Positions 46,852-56,334 of a DNA stretch of 64,000 nucleotides are shown piece by piece. This stretch comes from an uncultured Chloroflexia bacterium. GTDB taxonomy: Bacteria > Chloroflexota > Limnocylindria > Limnocylindrales > CSP1-4. A model generated the notes under the pieces. That model had not been told where the DNA came from and ran no database searches. It saw nothing but the letters and a program-made list of their open reading frames with translations. Numbering within the stretch: the first letter of the stretch is position 1; each line of letters begins with the position of its first letter. Position numbers and translations under genes: made by a program. The stretch is taken from assembly GCA_963757865.1 (NCBI GenBank), contig CAVWSU010000005.1:192254-256253 (forward strand), written 5' to 3'.

Positions 46852-48696
46852 ATGCACGAGGGCCCCGACGAGAAGGATCCAGCCGGCTCCGATGACGGGC
46901 GCGGGGGTCCGACGGGTCCGGCGTGGCCGCCGGCGCCTCCTCCGACGAGTCCGGCGTGGCCGCCGAAGCCCCCTCCGTCCGGTCCAGCGTGGACGCCGCC
47001 ACCTTCATCCGACTCAGCCTGGACGCCCGTGTCGGCCTGGCTGCCTCCAGGGGCGCCGACCCCGGTGCGCGTGTCGAGACGGCGGCGCCTGGCGGCAGCG
47101 GCACTGGTCGTGCTGCTCCTCGTCGGTATCGTGCCGTTCGCGGTGCTGCGACTGCCCTCGGGGCCCCCGCCCACCGTCACGCAGCCGCCTCCCGGCCACT
47201 CGGCGGGCGTCGTCCGCGTGGCGGGATGGCAGCCTGCCACGTACGACCCCGCGCTTCAGGGCGACGCCGGCACCGCCGCCCTCCTTGCCCAGCTGTTCGA
47301 CGGGCTGACGACGTTCGACTCGTCGCTCACCGTCCGGCCGGCGCTCGCGCAGTCATGGAGCGTGACGGGCGGCGGACTGCAGGTATCGTTCCGCCTTCGC
47401 CCGGGTCTCACCTTCTCGGACGGCAGTCCGATCACGGCCTCGGACGTCGTCTCGAGCTGGCTGCGCGTCCTGGATCCGCACCTCCAGGCCCCCCTCGCGT
47501 CGCTGCTCGACGACGTGGTCGGCGCCGTCGCGTACCGGCAGGGCAGCGGGCCGAGGTCGGGCGTGGGGATCGCCGCGCAGGGCGACACCGTCGTCGTCCA
47601 CCTCGTCAAGCCGGCCGACTACTTCCCGGCGGTCGCCGCCAACCCGGCGCTCGCGGTCGTCCCGCCGTCCGAAGTCACATCCCTCGACACGACCCGGGCG
47701 CCGGCCGATTTCACGGGCTCGGGCGCGTACGTCGTGGCCGGAGATGACGGATCGTCGATCACGCTGCGCGCAAACCCGCGCTACTGGGCGGGAGCGCCCC
47801 CGATCGGGACCGTGATCGTCGTCACCGACTTCGGCGGGCAGAGCCCGGTCGATGCGTTCACCGCGGGGGCCGTCGACTACGTGCCCGTGGACGAGGCCGA
47901 CGCGCTCTGGCTCCGCTACGACCGCCAGCTGGGGCCGCAGCTGCGCGAGGAACCCGCCTTCACGGTGACGTACTACGGCTTCGACACCCGCCGGGCTCCG
48001 TTCGACGACGTTCGCGTGCGGCAGGCGTTTGCCTGGGCGGTGGACTGGCGGCGCATCGCACTCCTCGCCGACGGACCCGGGTCGGTCGCGACGTCGATCG
48101 TGCCCCCCGGCATCCCCGGGCGTTCGACGGCCGACTACCTGCCCGAGTTCGACCCGGCCGCGGCCCGGGCGCAGCTCGCGGCGGCCGGCTTCCCCGGCGG
48201 CCGCGGGTTGCCGCCGATCACCATGGTCACGAGCGGCACGGCCTACGACGAGGCCGTGGTCGAGCAGCTGCGCCAGAACCTCGGCGTGACGGTGACGCTC
48301 GAGGTCACTCCGCCGGACGAGTACTCGCAGCGGCTGGTGGACGACACGCCGGACATCTGGAGCATGTCGTGGATCGCGGACTACCCCGCGCAGGAGGACT
48401 TCCTCGGGATCCTGCTGCGCAGCAGCGCGACCTCCAACTACGGCGGGTGGAACGACCCGCAGTTCGACGCGGACCTCGACAGAGCCGGGGCCGCGGGCAG
48501 CCCGGCCGCCCAGGCAGCGGCGTACGCGGCTGCGCAGACCATCGTGCGTGACCAGGTGCCGGTGGTTCCCGTCAGCTATGCGGCCGCGGGAGCCCACGGC
48601 AGCGCGTCCTGGGCGCTCAGCCGGACGGGACTGCTGGGAGCCACCACGAGCGCCATCGGGATCCCCCGGTTCGCCGGACTGGCGTGGGCGCCATGA
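46852..48696 (+). CDS. ABC transporter substrate-binding protein, family 5 (peptide/nickel type), membrane-anchored
   Basis: Pro-rich repeats and a TM helix, then LFDGLTTFDSSLTVRPALAQSW.., FRLRPGLTFSDGSPITASDV. Confidence 0.8.
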   Translation: MHEGPDEKDPAGSDDGRGGPTGPAWPPAPPPTSPAWPPKPPPSGPAWTPPPSSDSAWTPVSAWLPPGAPTPVRVSRRRRLAAAALVVLLLVGIVPFAVLRLPSGPPPTVTQPPPGHSAGVVRVAGWQPATYDPALQGDAGTAALLAQLFDGLTTFDSSLTVRPALAQSWSVTGGGLQVSFRLRPGLTFSDGSPITASDVVSSWLRVLDPHLQAPLASLLDDVVGAVAYRQGSGPRSGVGIAAQGDTVVVHLVKPADYFPAVAANPALAVVPPSEVTSLDTTRAPADFTGSGAYVVAGDDGSSITLRANPRYWAGAPPIGTVIVVTDFGGQSPVDAFTAGAVDYVPVDEADALWLRYDRQLGPQLREEPAFTVTYYGFDTRRAPFDDVRVRQAFAWAVDWRRIALLADGPGSVATSIVPPGIPGRSTADYLPEFDPAAARAQLAAAGFPGGRGLPPITMVTSGTAYDEAVVEQLRQNLGVTVTLEVTPPDEYSQRLVDDTPDIWSMSWIADYPAQEDFLGILLRSSATSNYGGWNDPQFDADLDRAGAAGSPAAQAAAYAAAQTIVRDQVPVVPVSYAAAGAHGSASWALSRTGLLGATTSAIGIPRFAGLAWAP

Positions 48697-50009
48697 ACCG
48701 TCGCGCATCCCTCCTGGAGGGGGTCCGTCGTCTCGTGCCGATCCAGGTTGCGGCCGCCCTCCTGCTCGCGTCCGCTGCCGGAACGATCGCGGCCCCCTCG
48801 GCCGCGGCGGCCGGATCCGTCTCCTTCGACCTGCCGACCGGGACCGCCGTGCTCCTCCGGCCGCTCGTGCTCCAGGACACGTTCCGGTCCACGGTCACAC
48901 CGGTCCGCGTGGAGCTCGTCACGTCGTCCCCGTTCGTCGCCGGATCCACCGTCGAGACCGTTCCGGTGACCCGGGCAGCCGGTGGAGCGTGGCATGTGTC
49001 CGTGTCGCAGCCGGACACGGGATCCGTCAACACGGTCTACCGGTTCGCGTTCAGGGTCACACTTCCGGGCGGTGTCACGCAGACGAGCCCGACCGCGAGC
49101 GTCACGGTCACGGACACGCGCTTCGCCTGGCAGTCCATCTCCGGGACGACGGTCACCCTTCACTGGTACGCCGAGAGCCGGAGCGTGGCGCAGGGCTTCC
49201 TGGCCACGGCCGAGTCGGCGGTCAAGCGGGCCGCGTCCGCCTTCGGCGTGTCGACCGTCCCCCGCCTCGACTTCTTCATCTACGACGAGTCGCAGCCGTT
49301 CTTCGACGCGGTGGGCGCCGGCGCCAACGCGGATGCCGCCGGGGTCTACATCCCCGACACCCACACGGCGTTCGGCACGGTCTACGCGTCCGACCTCGGC
49401 ACGAGCTGGCCGGACACGGAGATCGCCCACGAGGTCACGCACCACGTCTTCGAGATCGCGACGCACAACGCCTACCACGCGCCGCCGTTCTGGCTCGACG
49501 AGGGCGCGGCGGTCTACTACTCCGAGGGGATCGGGCCGCGAAACTCGGACCTCCAGGCCGGGATCCGGCAGGGCACGATCATCCCGCTCGACGGATTGAG
49601 CGGGGCGTTCCCGTCCAGCACGGATCCGTTCGTGCTGTCGTACGCGGAAGCGGTCTCCGCCGTGGACTTCTTCCTGCGAACCTACGGACAGCCCGCGCTC
49701 CGGCGGCTGCTCGCGGCGTACAAGGCCGGCGCGACGGACGACGAGGCGTTCCAGGCCGCCACGCACGGCACGGCCGGCGCGTTCGACGCCGCCTGGCTTG
49801 CCTCGATCGGCGTTCACCCGCCGCCCGCCTACGGCCCCCGGCCCGCGCCCGCCGGGCCGTTGCCCCCGGGCTGGTCGTCGTCCCCGGCACCCGGGTCGCT
49901 GTCGGCCTTCGCGTTGATCGGCGCCGCCTCGGCGCTTGCCGCGGCCGCCGCCGCCCTGCGCCGCCGGACCGCCCGCCCGCGGCGCCCCGGAGCCTGCGAG
50001 AATCACTGA
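48693..50009 (+). CDS. secreted/anchored peptidase MA-like zinc metalloprotease
   Basis: Signal-like N-terminus, HEVTHH (HExxH) followed by WLDEGAAVYYSEG, and a C-terminal TM helix. The ATG overlaps the SBP stop. Confidence 0.5.
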   Translation: MNRRASLLEGVRRLVPIQVAAALLLASAAGTIAAPSAAAAGSVSFDLPTGTAVLLRPLVLQDTFRSTVTPVRVELVTSSPFVAGSTVETVPVTRAAGGAWHVSVSQPDTGSVNTVYRFAFRVTLPGGVTQTSPTASVTVTDTRFAWQSISGTTVTLHWYAESRSVAQGFLATAESAVKRAASAFGVSTVPRLDFFIYDESQPFFDAVGAGANADAAGVYIPDTHTAFGTVYASDLGTSWPDTEIAHEVTHHVFEIATHNAYHAPPFWLDEGAAVYYSEGIGPRNSDLQAGIRQGTIIPLDGLSGAFPSSTDPFVLSYAEAVSAVDFFLRTYGQPALRRLLAAYKAGATDDEAFQAATHGTAGAFDAAWLASIGVHPPPAYGPRPAPAGPLPPGWSSSPAPGSLSAFALIGAASALAAAAAALRRRTARPRRPGACENH

Positions 50010-50030
50010 CGTGGACCCCTCTCCCGTGGA

Positions 50031-50861
50031 ATGGAACGAGAGGCGGCTGACGCCGTGGCCGGCCGGGCGGACGTTGTGGCCGGCCTGATCGCCCGCGCAC
50101 GCGGCATCCCCAGCTGGCAGCTCACGCTGGGCGCGGCAATGCTCGTCCTGGGATTCCTGATGACGGCGCAGGCCGGCGCCGAGCCGTCACGGGTCCAGTA
50201 CACGAGCCAGGAGCGGCCCCCGCTCGTCGAGACCGCGACGACGCTGCAGTCGCAGCAGGACGCCCTGAAGGCGCAGATCCTCCAGCTGCGCACGCAGATC
50301 GAGCAGCTCGAGGCGTCCTCGGCCGGCAACGGTGCGCTGGTGACGAACATGAATCAGCAGCTCCAGCAGGCACGGCTGGCCGCCGGCCTGGTCGACCTCC
50401 AGGGGCCGGGCGTGGTCGTGCAGCTCGAGGACTCGACGCAGGCGGTCCCGCCGGGAGCCGCACCCGGCGATTACCTGGTGGGCGCCAGCGATCTGCGCAC
50501 GGTGGTGAACGAGCTGTGGCTCGACGGCGCCGAGGCCATCGTGGTCAACGGCGAGCGAATCACCGCGACCAGCGGCATGACGGACATCGGCTCGTCGATC
50601 CTCCTCAATGGCGCGTACCTGCAGCCTCCGTACCAGATCGTCGCCATCGGCCCGAAGGACATCTACTCGCGCCTGACCTCGTCGGACAACTTCGCGCAGT
50701 TCGTCAAGTCGCGCATCGAGGCGTTCGGCATCAGGCTCGGAGCGGGAGCCCTGGACAACGCCGTGGTTCCGGCCTACGCGGGTACGGTCGCGCTCTCCTA
50801 CGCGCGAGCCCTGCCGCCCGGGGCGTCTCCCGTCGCGACGTCGGGCGTGTCGGCGCCATGA
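50031..50861 (+). CDS. DUF881 domain protein
   Basis: TM helix, coiled coil, GPGVVVQLEDS, DLRTVVNELWLDGAEAIVVNGERI. Confidence 0.75.
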   Translation: MEREAADAVAGRADVVAGLIARARGIPSWQLTLGAAMLVLGFLMTAQAGAEPSRVQYTSQERPPLVETATTLQSQQDALKAQILQLRTQIEQLEASSAGNGALVTNMNQQLQQARLAAGLVDLQGPGVVVQLEDSTQAVPPGAAPGDYLVGASDLRTVVNELWLDGAEAIVVNGERITATSGMTDIGSSILLNGAYLQPPYQIVAIGPKDIYSRLTSSDNFAQFVKSRIEAFGIRLGAGALDNAVVPAYAGTVALSYARALPPGASPVATSGVSAP

Positions 50862-51541
50862 GAGGCATGCGCTCGCGGCGCGCCCAGTGGACCATCGGGT
50901 TCGTCGCTCTGGTGCTGGGGTTCCTGGCGATCGTGCAGCTCCGTGCGCAGGCCGGGGGAGTCGGGCTGGCCAATCTTTCGTCGCAGGACCTCACGACGCT
51001 GATCGCGAGCCTCAACCAGCGCAACACGCAGCTCGCCTCGGAGGTCAGCACGCTCGAGGCGCAGGCGCGATCGCTCCAGCTGGCCAAAGCCCAGGGCGTA
51101 TCGGCCATGGGCGGCCTCCGCGACGACCTCGATCGCATCCGTCTGTGGGCCGGGCTCGACCCCGTGACCGGACGCGGCGTCGTCGTCGAGTGCGCCGGAC
51201 CCATCAGCGCGGATGCCGCGAACGATCTGCTGAACGAGCTGAGGATCGCGGGTGCCGAGGCCCTCGCCGTGAACTCCGTCCGCGTCGTCGCGGCCACGGT
51301 GGTGGCGGGACCGCCGGGAGCCCTGTCCGTCGAGAACGTGCCCCTGACGTCGCCGTTCCGCGTCTACGCCATCGGCAACAGCATCAACCTCACCGCCTCG
51401 CTCACCCGCGTCGGCGGCATCGTCAGCCAGCTCCAGGTCACGAGCCCCGACGTCCAGCTCACGGTGACGCCCGAAGACTCGCTGGTGCTCCCGGCAACGG
51501 ATCGGTCCCTCATCCCCGTGGACGGTAAGCCCCGCCTCTAG
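50858..51541 (+). CDS. DUF881 domain protein (second copy)
   Basis: Same architecture (GRGVVVECAG.., DLLNELRIAGAEALAVNSVRV). The start overlaps the upstream stop. Confidence 0.75.
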   Translation: MRGMRSRRAQWTIGFVALVLGFLAIVQLRAQAGGVGLANLSSQDLTTLIASLNQRNTQLASEVSTLEAQARSLQLAKAQGVSAMGGLRDDLDRIRLWAGLDPVTGRGVVVECAGPISADAANDLLNELRIAGAEALAVNSVRVVAATVVAGPPGALSVENVPLTSPFRVYAIGNSINLTASLTRVGGIVSQLQVTSPDVQLTVTPEDSLVLPATDRSLIPVDGKPRL

Positions 51542-51615
51542 GCTGGTAGGCTGTCGCCGATGGACCAGCTGACCGAGCGAGCCCTGCAGGTCGCCGGCGG
51601 GGCGGAGCGCTGAGC

Positions 51616-51837
51616 GTGGCCGATCATCCCGTCGTCGACTTCGTGGCCGGGGACCACGTGCGGCTGCGCAAGCCGCACCCGTGCGGCGCGTCCACCTGGA
51701 AGGTGGTGCGCATCGGCGCCGACATCGGGCTCGTCTGCGACGGCTGCGGCCGGCGCGTCCTCCTGGAGCGGCGCGACCTGGAGCGACGGCTGGTCGCGTT
51801 CCTGGAGCGCGGCTCCGACACGCCCGCGGCGTCGTGA
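51616..51837 (+). CDS. DUF951-like small protein
   Basis: 73 aa. [43 protein letters not shown]. Confidence 0.6.
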   Translation: MADHPVVDFVAGDHVRLRKPHPCGASTWKVVRIGADIGLVCDGCGRRVLLERRDLERRLVAFLERGSDTPAAS

Positions 51838-51876
51838 GGCCCGCGGAGTGAACCGGGTTTCCGGACGGCAGGCGGC

Positions 51877-53355
51877 GTGAGCAGGGGTCCCGCGGGCGGG
51901 CAGGAGCCCGACCAGGACCGCACGGCCCGGCCCGTCCGCCACGACACCGGACCGGCCAGTGGAGCGCCCGAGCCGTCCGGCCTCGGCGTCCTCGCCAACC
52001 GCCGCTTCCTGTCGCTCTGGCTCGCGCAGGCGTCGACCCAGATCGGCGGGAACATGGTCATCTACGGGCTCACGATCGTCGTGTACGGCCTCACGAATTC
52101 GAACTCGGCCGTGAGCCTGCTGATCCTCACGTTCCTCGTCCCGGCGGTCGTCTTCAGCGCGGTCGCGGGCGTGTTCGTGGACCGGATCGACCGCCGCCTG
52201 ATCCTCATCCTGACGAACCTCCTGCGGGGCGGCGCGTTTCTCGCCATGGTCCTGGTCAGCAACCAGCTCATCCTGGTCTATGCGCTGAACATCCTCGTCT
52301 CGACCGTTACGACGTTCTTCGCGCCGGCCGAAGCCGCGATGATCCCGTTCCTGGTGGACCGCGACCGGCTCATGCAGGCGAACGGCCTCTTCACGTTCAC
52401 GCTGAACGCCTCGTTCGCGCTGGGATTCGCGCTGCTGGGTCCGCTGGTGGTGAACCTCGCGGGGCCCAACGTGCTCCTCGTGCTGGTCGCGTTCTTCTAC
52501 TTCGTCGCCGCCGCGCTGTGCGTGACACTGCCCAGGACGGAGGCCGGGACGGTCGCGGAGGGAGGCGCGCTGGGCGGTGCCGAACGGGCGGTCGCGTCGT
52601 TCGTCTCGCAGCTCCGCGAGGGCCTGGCCTACATCCGCTCCGACCCGCGCATCTTCTGGTCGCTGACGTACCTGGCCATCACCGCCTCGCTCATCGGGGT
52701 GCTGGGCGTGCTCGGGCCCGGCTTCGCGACCAAGGCGCTGGGCCTGCGCGAGCAGGACTTCGTGGTGGTCGTCCTGCCGCTGGGCGCCGGGATCGTGATG
52801 GGGATCCTTCTCCTGAACGCGTACGGCCGGTATCTCCCTCGCCGGCGTGTCATCGAAGGCGGGCTGATCGGGCTCTCGCTCGCGCTCGTCGTCCTGTCGA
52901 TCGCCGGCCCGCTGTCCCGGTTCCTCGAGGCGAGCGCACGCCAGCAGACGGTGGCCGAGCTCGGCGGGCTCGTCTCGCTGCTCTCGATCGTGGTGATCCT
53001 GGCCTTCCTGGCCGGCGGCGCCTACGCGTTCGTCGCGATCCCGGCCCAGACGCAGCTCCAGGAGGAACTGCCCGAGGAAGTGCGCGGCCGGGTGTTCGGC
53101 GTGCTCAACATGCTCGTCAGCATCTCGAGCTTCCTGCCGATCGTCATCGTCGGACCCGTCGCCGACGTCGTGGGGACGCCCGTGGTGCTGCTCGCCGCCG
53201 CCGTGCTGGTGGGCGTCGCGGGCGTCGGATCCATCGTGGCGGTGACGCCGGAGGGCCCGGCCTCGGCCATGCCCGGCCAGCACGTGTCGCCGGTCGACCC
53301 GGTTGCCCTCGCGACGGGCGGACGGAGACCGCCTTCCCCCGGCGATCGGCCATGA
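51877..53355 (+). CDS. MFS transporter
   Basis: About 12 TM helices. FLSLWLAQASTQIGGNM.., GVFVDRIDRR. Confidence 0.8.
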   Translation: MSRGPAGGQEPDQDRTARPVRHDTGPASGAPEPSGLGVLANRRFLSLWLAQASTQIGGNMVIYGLTIVVYGLTNSNSAVSLLILTFLVPAVVFSAVAGVFVDRIDRRLILILTNLLRGGAFLAMVLVSNQLILVYALNILVSTVTTFFAPAEAAMIPFLVDRDRLMQANGLFTFTLNASFALGFALLGPLVVNLAGPNVLLVLVAFFYFVAAALCVTLPRTEAGTVAEGGALGGAERAVASFVSQLREGLAYIRSDPRIFWSLTYLAITASLIGVLGVLGPGFATKALGLREQDFVVVVLPLGAGIVMGILLLNAYGRYLPRRRVIEGGLIGLSLALVVLSIAGPLSRFLEASARQQTVAELGGLVSLLSIVVILAFLAGGAYAFVAIPAQTQLQEELPEEVRGRVFGVLNMLVSISSFLPIVIVGPVADVVGTPVVLLAAAVLVGVAGVGSIVAVTPEGPASAMPGQHVSPVDPVALATGGRRPPSPGDRP

Positions 53356-54752
53356 GCGGCGTGCCGCTCTCGTGGCGGGTCGCGGCCGTCCTGATCATGC
53401 TGCTCGCCGTCGTCGTCGGCGTGGGGCTCGTCCTCGTGATCCCGCTCGCGCTGCTCGCCCTGCTGTGCGCCGGATTCGTGGCGATCACGCTGGTGCTCGT
53501 GCCGGCGAGCCGCCGGCCGCCGCTCTCGCCCCTGTCCGAGGAGGAGGTCGATCGCCTGGGCCCGCTGCCGTCCGCCACCGTCGTCGTGGCCGGGCGGGAC
53601 GAGGCGGCGGTGATCCCGCACCTCGTGGCCGATCTCGGGGCGCAGGATCACAGGGCCGCGGACGGGACTCCGCTGTTCGAACTGATCGTCATCGACGATC
53701 GCTCGTCGGACGGCACCGGCGCCGTGGCGGTGGCCGCCGCTCGATCTGCGGGCATCGGCGACGTCACGCGCGTGATCCGCCGCGGGCCGCCCCACGCCAC
53801 CCCGGTCGATCCCGCGGTCCCGCCGCTGGCCGACGGCAAGGGCGCGGCGCTCGGCGCGACCGGCCCGGCCGACTACCACGGCGAGTTCGTGGCGGTGCTC
53901 GACGCCGATGCGCGCGTCGGACCGGACTACCTGCGTCGCGCGGCGACGTATTTCGCGCGGGGCGCCGGTGCGATGACGGCCCGGCGCCGGACGTTGCGAC
54001 ACCGCCCCACCGGATGGTTCCTCGATCAGCTCGAGGCCGCGCAGGCGGACGAGCAGGACGCCGACGGGGAGATCCAGCGCGGCCGCTGGAGCACCGGAGG
54101 ATGCAGCGAGTTCCGTGGCAACGGGATCCTCGTCCGGCGCGAGCTACTGGCCGCCGTCGGTGGCTGGCACGACCACGCGCTCTGCGAGGACCTCGACCTG
54201 TCCTCGCGCGTGGCCATCCTCGGCGAGCGGGTCGGCTGGGCCCTCGACGCGGTGGCCTGGGAGGAGCCCGTCCTCGACCTCGGGGCGCTCCGGCGGCAGC
54301 GCCTGCGGTGGGGCGCCGGGATCATCCGCCGCGAGCTGGAGCTGTCGGTTCCGCTCCTGACCAGCCGGCGCCTTCCGGCGATGGCGAAGCTCGACTACCT
54401 GGCCTACTCGGCGCAGACGGTCCTGCCGGTGTCGCTCGCCGCGGCCCTCGTGGCCGGCGTGGTGGCCGGCGCCTGGCCCGCGCTCCTCCTGCTCTTCGCC
54501 ACGTACCTGGGCCCCGGCACGCTGCTGGCGATCGACTCACTGCGATGGGAGGGCCTGCACGGCGCGCGGACGATGCCCGAGCGCATCCTTCGGGGCGTCC
54601 GCCTGATCGTCTTCTCGGGCCTGTGGATCCCGGTGTTCACCGCGTGCTGGCCGATCGTGGCGTTCGGTGGTGGCCCCGTGCGCTATGCCAAGACCGAGCA
54701 CACCGGCGCTCCCGAGGGGTTCCGTCCCGAGGCCGGAGGACCCAAGACCTAG
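53352..54752 (+). CDS. family 2 glycosyltransferase (processive-type, membrane-embedded)
   Basis: VIDDRSSDGT, VLDADA, QRLRWGAG (QxxRW), flanking TM helices. Confidence 0.75.
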   Translation: MSGVPLSWRVAAVLIMLLAVVVGVGLVLVIPLALLALLCAGFVAITLVLVPASRRPPLSPLSEEEVDRLGPLPSATVVVAGRDEAAVIPHLVADLGAQDHRAADGTPLFELIVIDDRSSDGTGAVAVAAARSAGIGDVTRVIRRGPPHATPVDPAVPPLADGKGAALGATGPADYHGEFVAVLDADARVGPDYLRRAATYFARGAGAMTARRRTLRHRPTGWFLDQLEAAQADEQDADGEIQRGRWSTGGCSEFRGNGILVRRELLAAVGGWHDHALCEDLDLSSRVAILGERVGWALDAVAWEEPVLDLGALRRQRLRWGAGIIRRELELSVPLLTSRRLPAMAKLDYLAYSAQTVLPVSLAAALVAGVVAGAWPALLLLFATYLGPGTLLAIDSLRWEGLHGARTMPERILRGVRLIVFSGLWIPVFTACWPIVAFGGGPVRYAKTEHTGAPEGFRPEAGGPKT

Positions 54753-55025
54753 ACGCCAGCTGGCGGACGTCGGCCGTCCAGGGTCGCGCGGCTGTCCGGC
54801 CGGACGTTCGCTCATGCCTCGTCCCCGCAATGCCGGGCGTCCGCAGTCGCGCCCGGCTGCGAGGCTGGACTCGTCACGATGCCGCGTGCAGGGTCGGGGT
54901 GACAGGCGACCCACGGTCCCTGGCCCTGCACCTTCTCCTCCGCGCTGCGGCGGGTGGAACCGTGCCTGCGGCCGACGCTACCGTCTGCCGGCGCACTCCT
55001 GCCGTCGACGCATGTGCCCGCGGGC

Positions 55026-55265
55026 CTATGCCTTCGGCGCTCCGCGCTTTCGAGGAGCCACGGCGGCCACGCCGGCGCCGGCGGCCGGGACGATCCGCGC
55101 GCTGCCTGCGGAGGGCCAGAAGCCGCCTTCGTGACCGTCGTCCCAGCGCACCCTGAAGTGTGGCGCCGTCGGGCTGCCGATCACCTCCAGGATCTCGCCC
55201 TCGCGGGAAGGAATGCCCACACGCTCGGATTCGACGATGATCCGGTCTCCGACGTTCGCTCCCAC
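55026..55265 (-). CDS. DUF1918-like small protein
   Basis: VGANVGDRIIVESERVGIPSREGEILEVIGSPTAPHFRVRWDDGHEG. GGAGG lies 7 nt before the GTG. Confidence 0.6.
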   Translation of the reverse strand: MGANVGDRIIVESERVGIPSREGEILEVIGSPTAPHFRVRWDDGHEGGFWPSAGSARIVPAAGAGVAAVAPRKRGAPKA

Positions 55266-55378
55266 GGTCACACCTCCGTTGGCTGAGGATGGCGGGACGC
55301 TCGGGCACCTGAAAGAGTCCGAGGTCACGATCGAGCGACGATCGTCCCCACCCTCGCCACGAAGCGGCACCGGATCCG

Positions 55379-55746
55379 TCACTTGATCAGGGACGCGTAG
55401 GCGCCGAGGGTGGCATGGACGCCCGAGAAGAGCTCCTGCTCGTCGAACCAGAGGAAGCCGGCGAGCCTGTACTTCCGGGCCTGGGCGGCGGTGAAGACGA
55501 GCACCGAGGCCGAGCCCTTCCGGTGTTCTCGCCGTAGAGGCGCAGGTGATGGGGGTTCCGGGCGGCGAGGTAGGCGAGGTAGTGGACCGGGCGCCAGGCA
55601 TCGGGGTTCGCGGAGGCGTCGTTGCCGTACGGGCAGTCGAGCCACGTCGTGTCGAGGACGACGCCGGGATCGATGATGGTGGCCACGAAACGCGCGTAGT
55701 CGTAGCCGCGCTGCACCTCGCCGTTCTTCTCGGCACTGGTCGTCAT
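55379..55746 (-). pseudogene. truncated, frame-broken fragment of a larger enzyme (glycoside-hydrolase-like ..LYGENTG.. motif; family not secure)
   Basis: About 120 aa. MTTSAEKNGEVQRGYDYARFVATIIDPG...LRLYGENTG, then with one nt missing near 55514-55523, KGSASVLVFTAAQARKYRLAGFLWFDEQELF...ASLIK*. No N-terminal domain upstream. Confidence 0.35.
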
Positions 55747-55789
55747 CACCTTCGACGAGGGCCGGACGAGCACGGGCGGGGGCGGTCAC

Positions 55790-55951
55790 GTGGCGACGAT
55801 CGTGGTCAGCCCGCTGGGAAGGAGCCACTTTGCGTCGGCCGAGCCGCTCGACCACTACTCCCTTCTTCGGGCGATCGAGGACGCATGGCGGCTCGGCTGC
55901 CTCGGCAAGGCCTGCTCGGCGAACGACATGCATGCGTTCTTCCGGCAGGGC
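55790..55951 (+). pseudogene. C-terminal remnant of a phosphoesterase (AcpA/PLC-type) gene
   Basis: IVVSPLGRSHFASAEPLDHYSLLRAIEDAWRLGCLGKA matches the conserved C-terminus of that family. Nothing recognisable precedes it. The ORF then runs into tRNA-Val. Confidence 0.4.
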
Positions 55952-56013
55952 GCAGCCTGCGGCCCGTCGGATGCGCCGTGGGATGCGGATGGGGTAGCAT
56001 GCGGCGTGCAACC

Positions 56014-56090
56014 GGGCGGTTGGCTCAGTCGGTTAGAGCGCGTGCTTGACATGCACGAGGTCACAGGTTCGATTCCTGTACCGCCCACCA
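56014..56090 (+). tRNA. tRNA-Val (anticodon GAC), CCA encoded
   Basis: Folded by hand. Acceptor gggcggt/accgccc, anticodon arm cgtgc-ttGACat-gcacg, T arm acagg-ttcgatt-cctgt, discriminator A, then CCA. Confidence 0.9.
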
Positions 56091-56124
56091 CATCGTCGAA
56101 CGCGTCGATCGGGACACGCGAGCA

Positions 56125-56334
56125 GGCAGGGAGCCCAGAGAGCCCGGGCCACGGCTGAGAGCCCGGGCGCACGCCCACCCCGCTCGCACCACCCGAGAGC
56201 GGCCGGTGAACCGGCCCGGGTCCGCCCGTTAGCGCGGGAGCGAGAGAGCGCGGACGGGGTCCGCGAACGCGGGTGGAACCGCGGGAGGCACGAGGCCTCT
56301 CGTCCTGCATGGACGAGAGGCCGTTCTGATTCTC
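56125..56334 (+). promoter_or_regulatory. T-box leader (tRNA-sensing riboswitch) of thrS
   Basis: T-box sequence GGGUGGAACCGCGGGA at 56271-56286, followed by a terminator. AGAGAG/GAGAGC elements and a GGUGAA loop lie upstream. ACC followed by A at 56188-56191 is a possible Thr specifier. Confidence 0.65.
56294..56334 (+). terminator. T-box attenuator terminator
   Basis: Perfect 12-bp stem ggcctctcgtcc / ggacgagaggcc with loop tgcat, then gttctgattctc. Confidence 0.6.
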
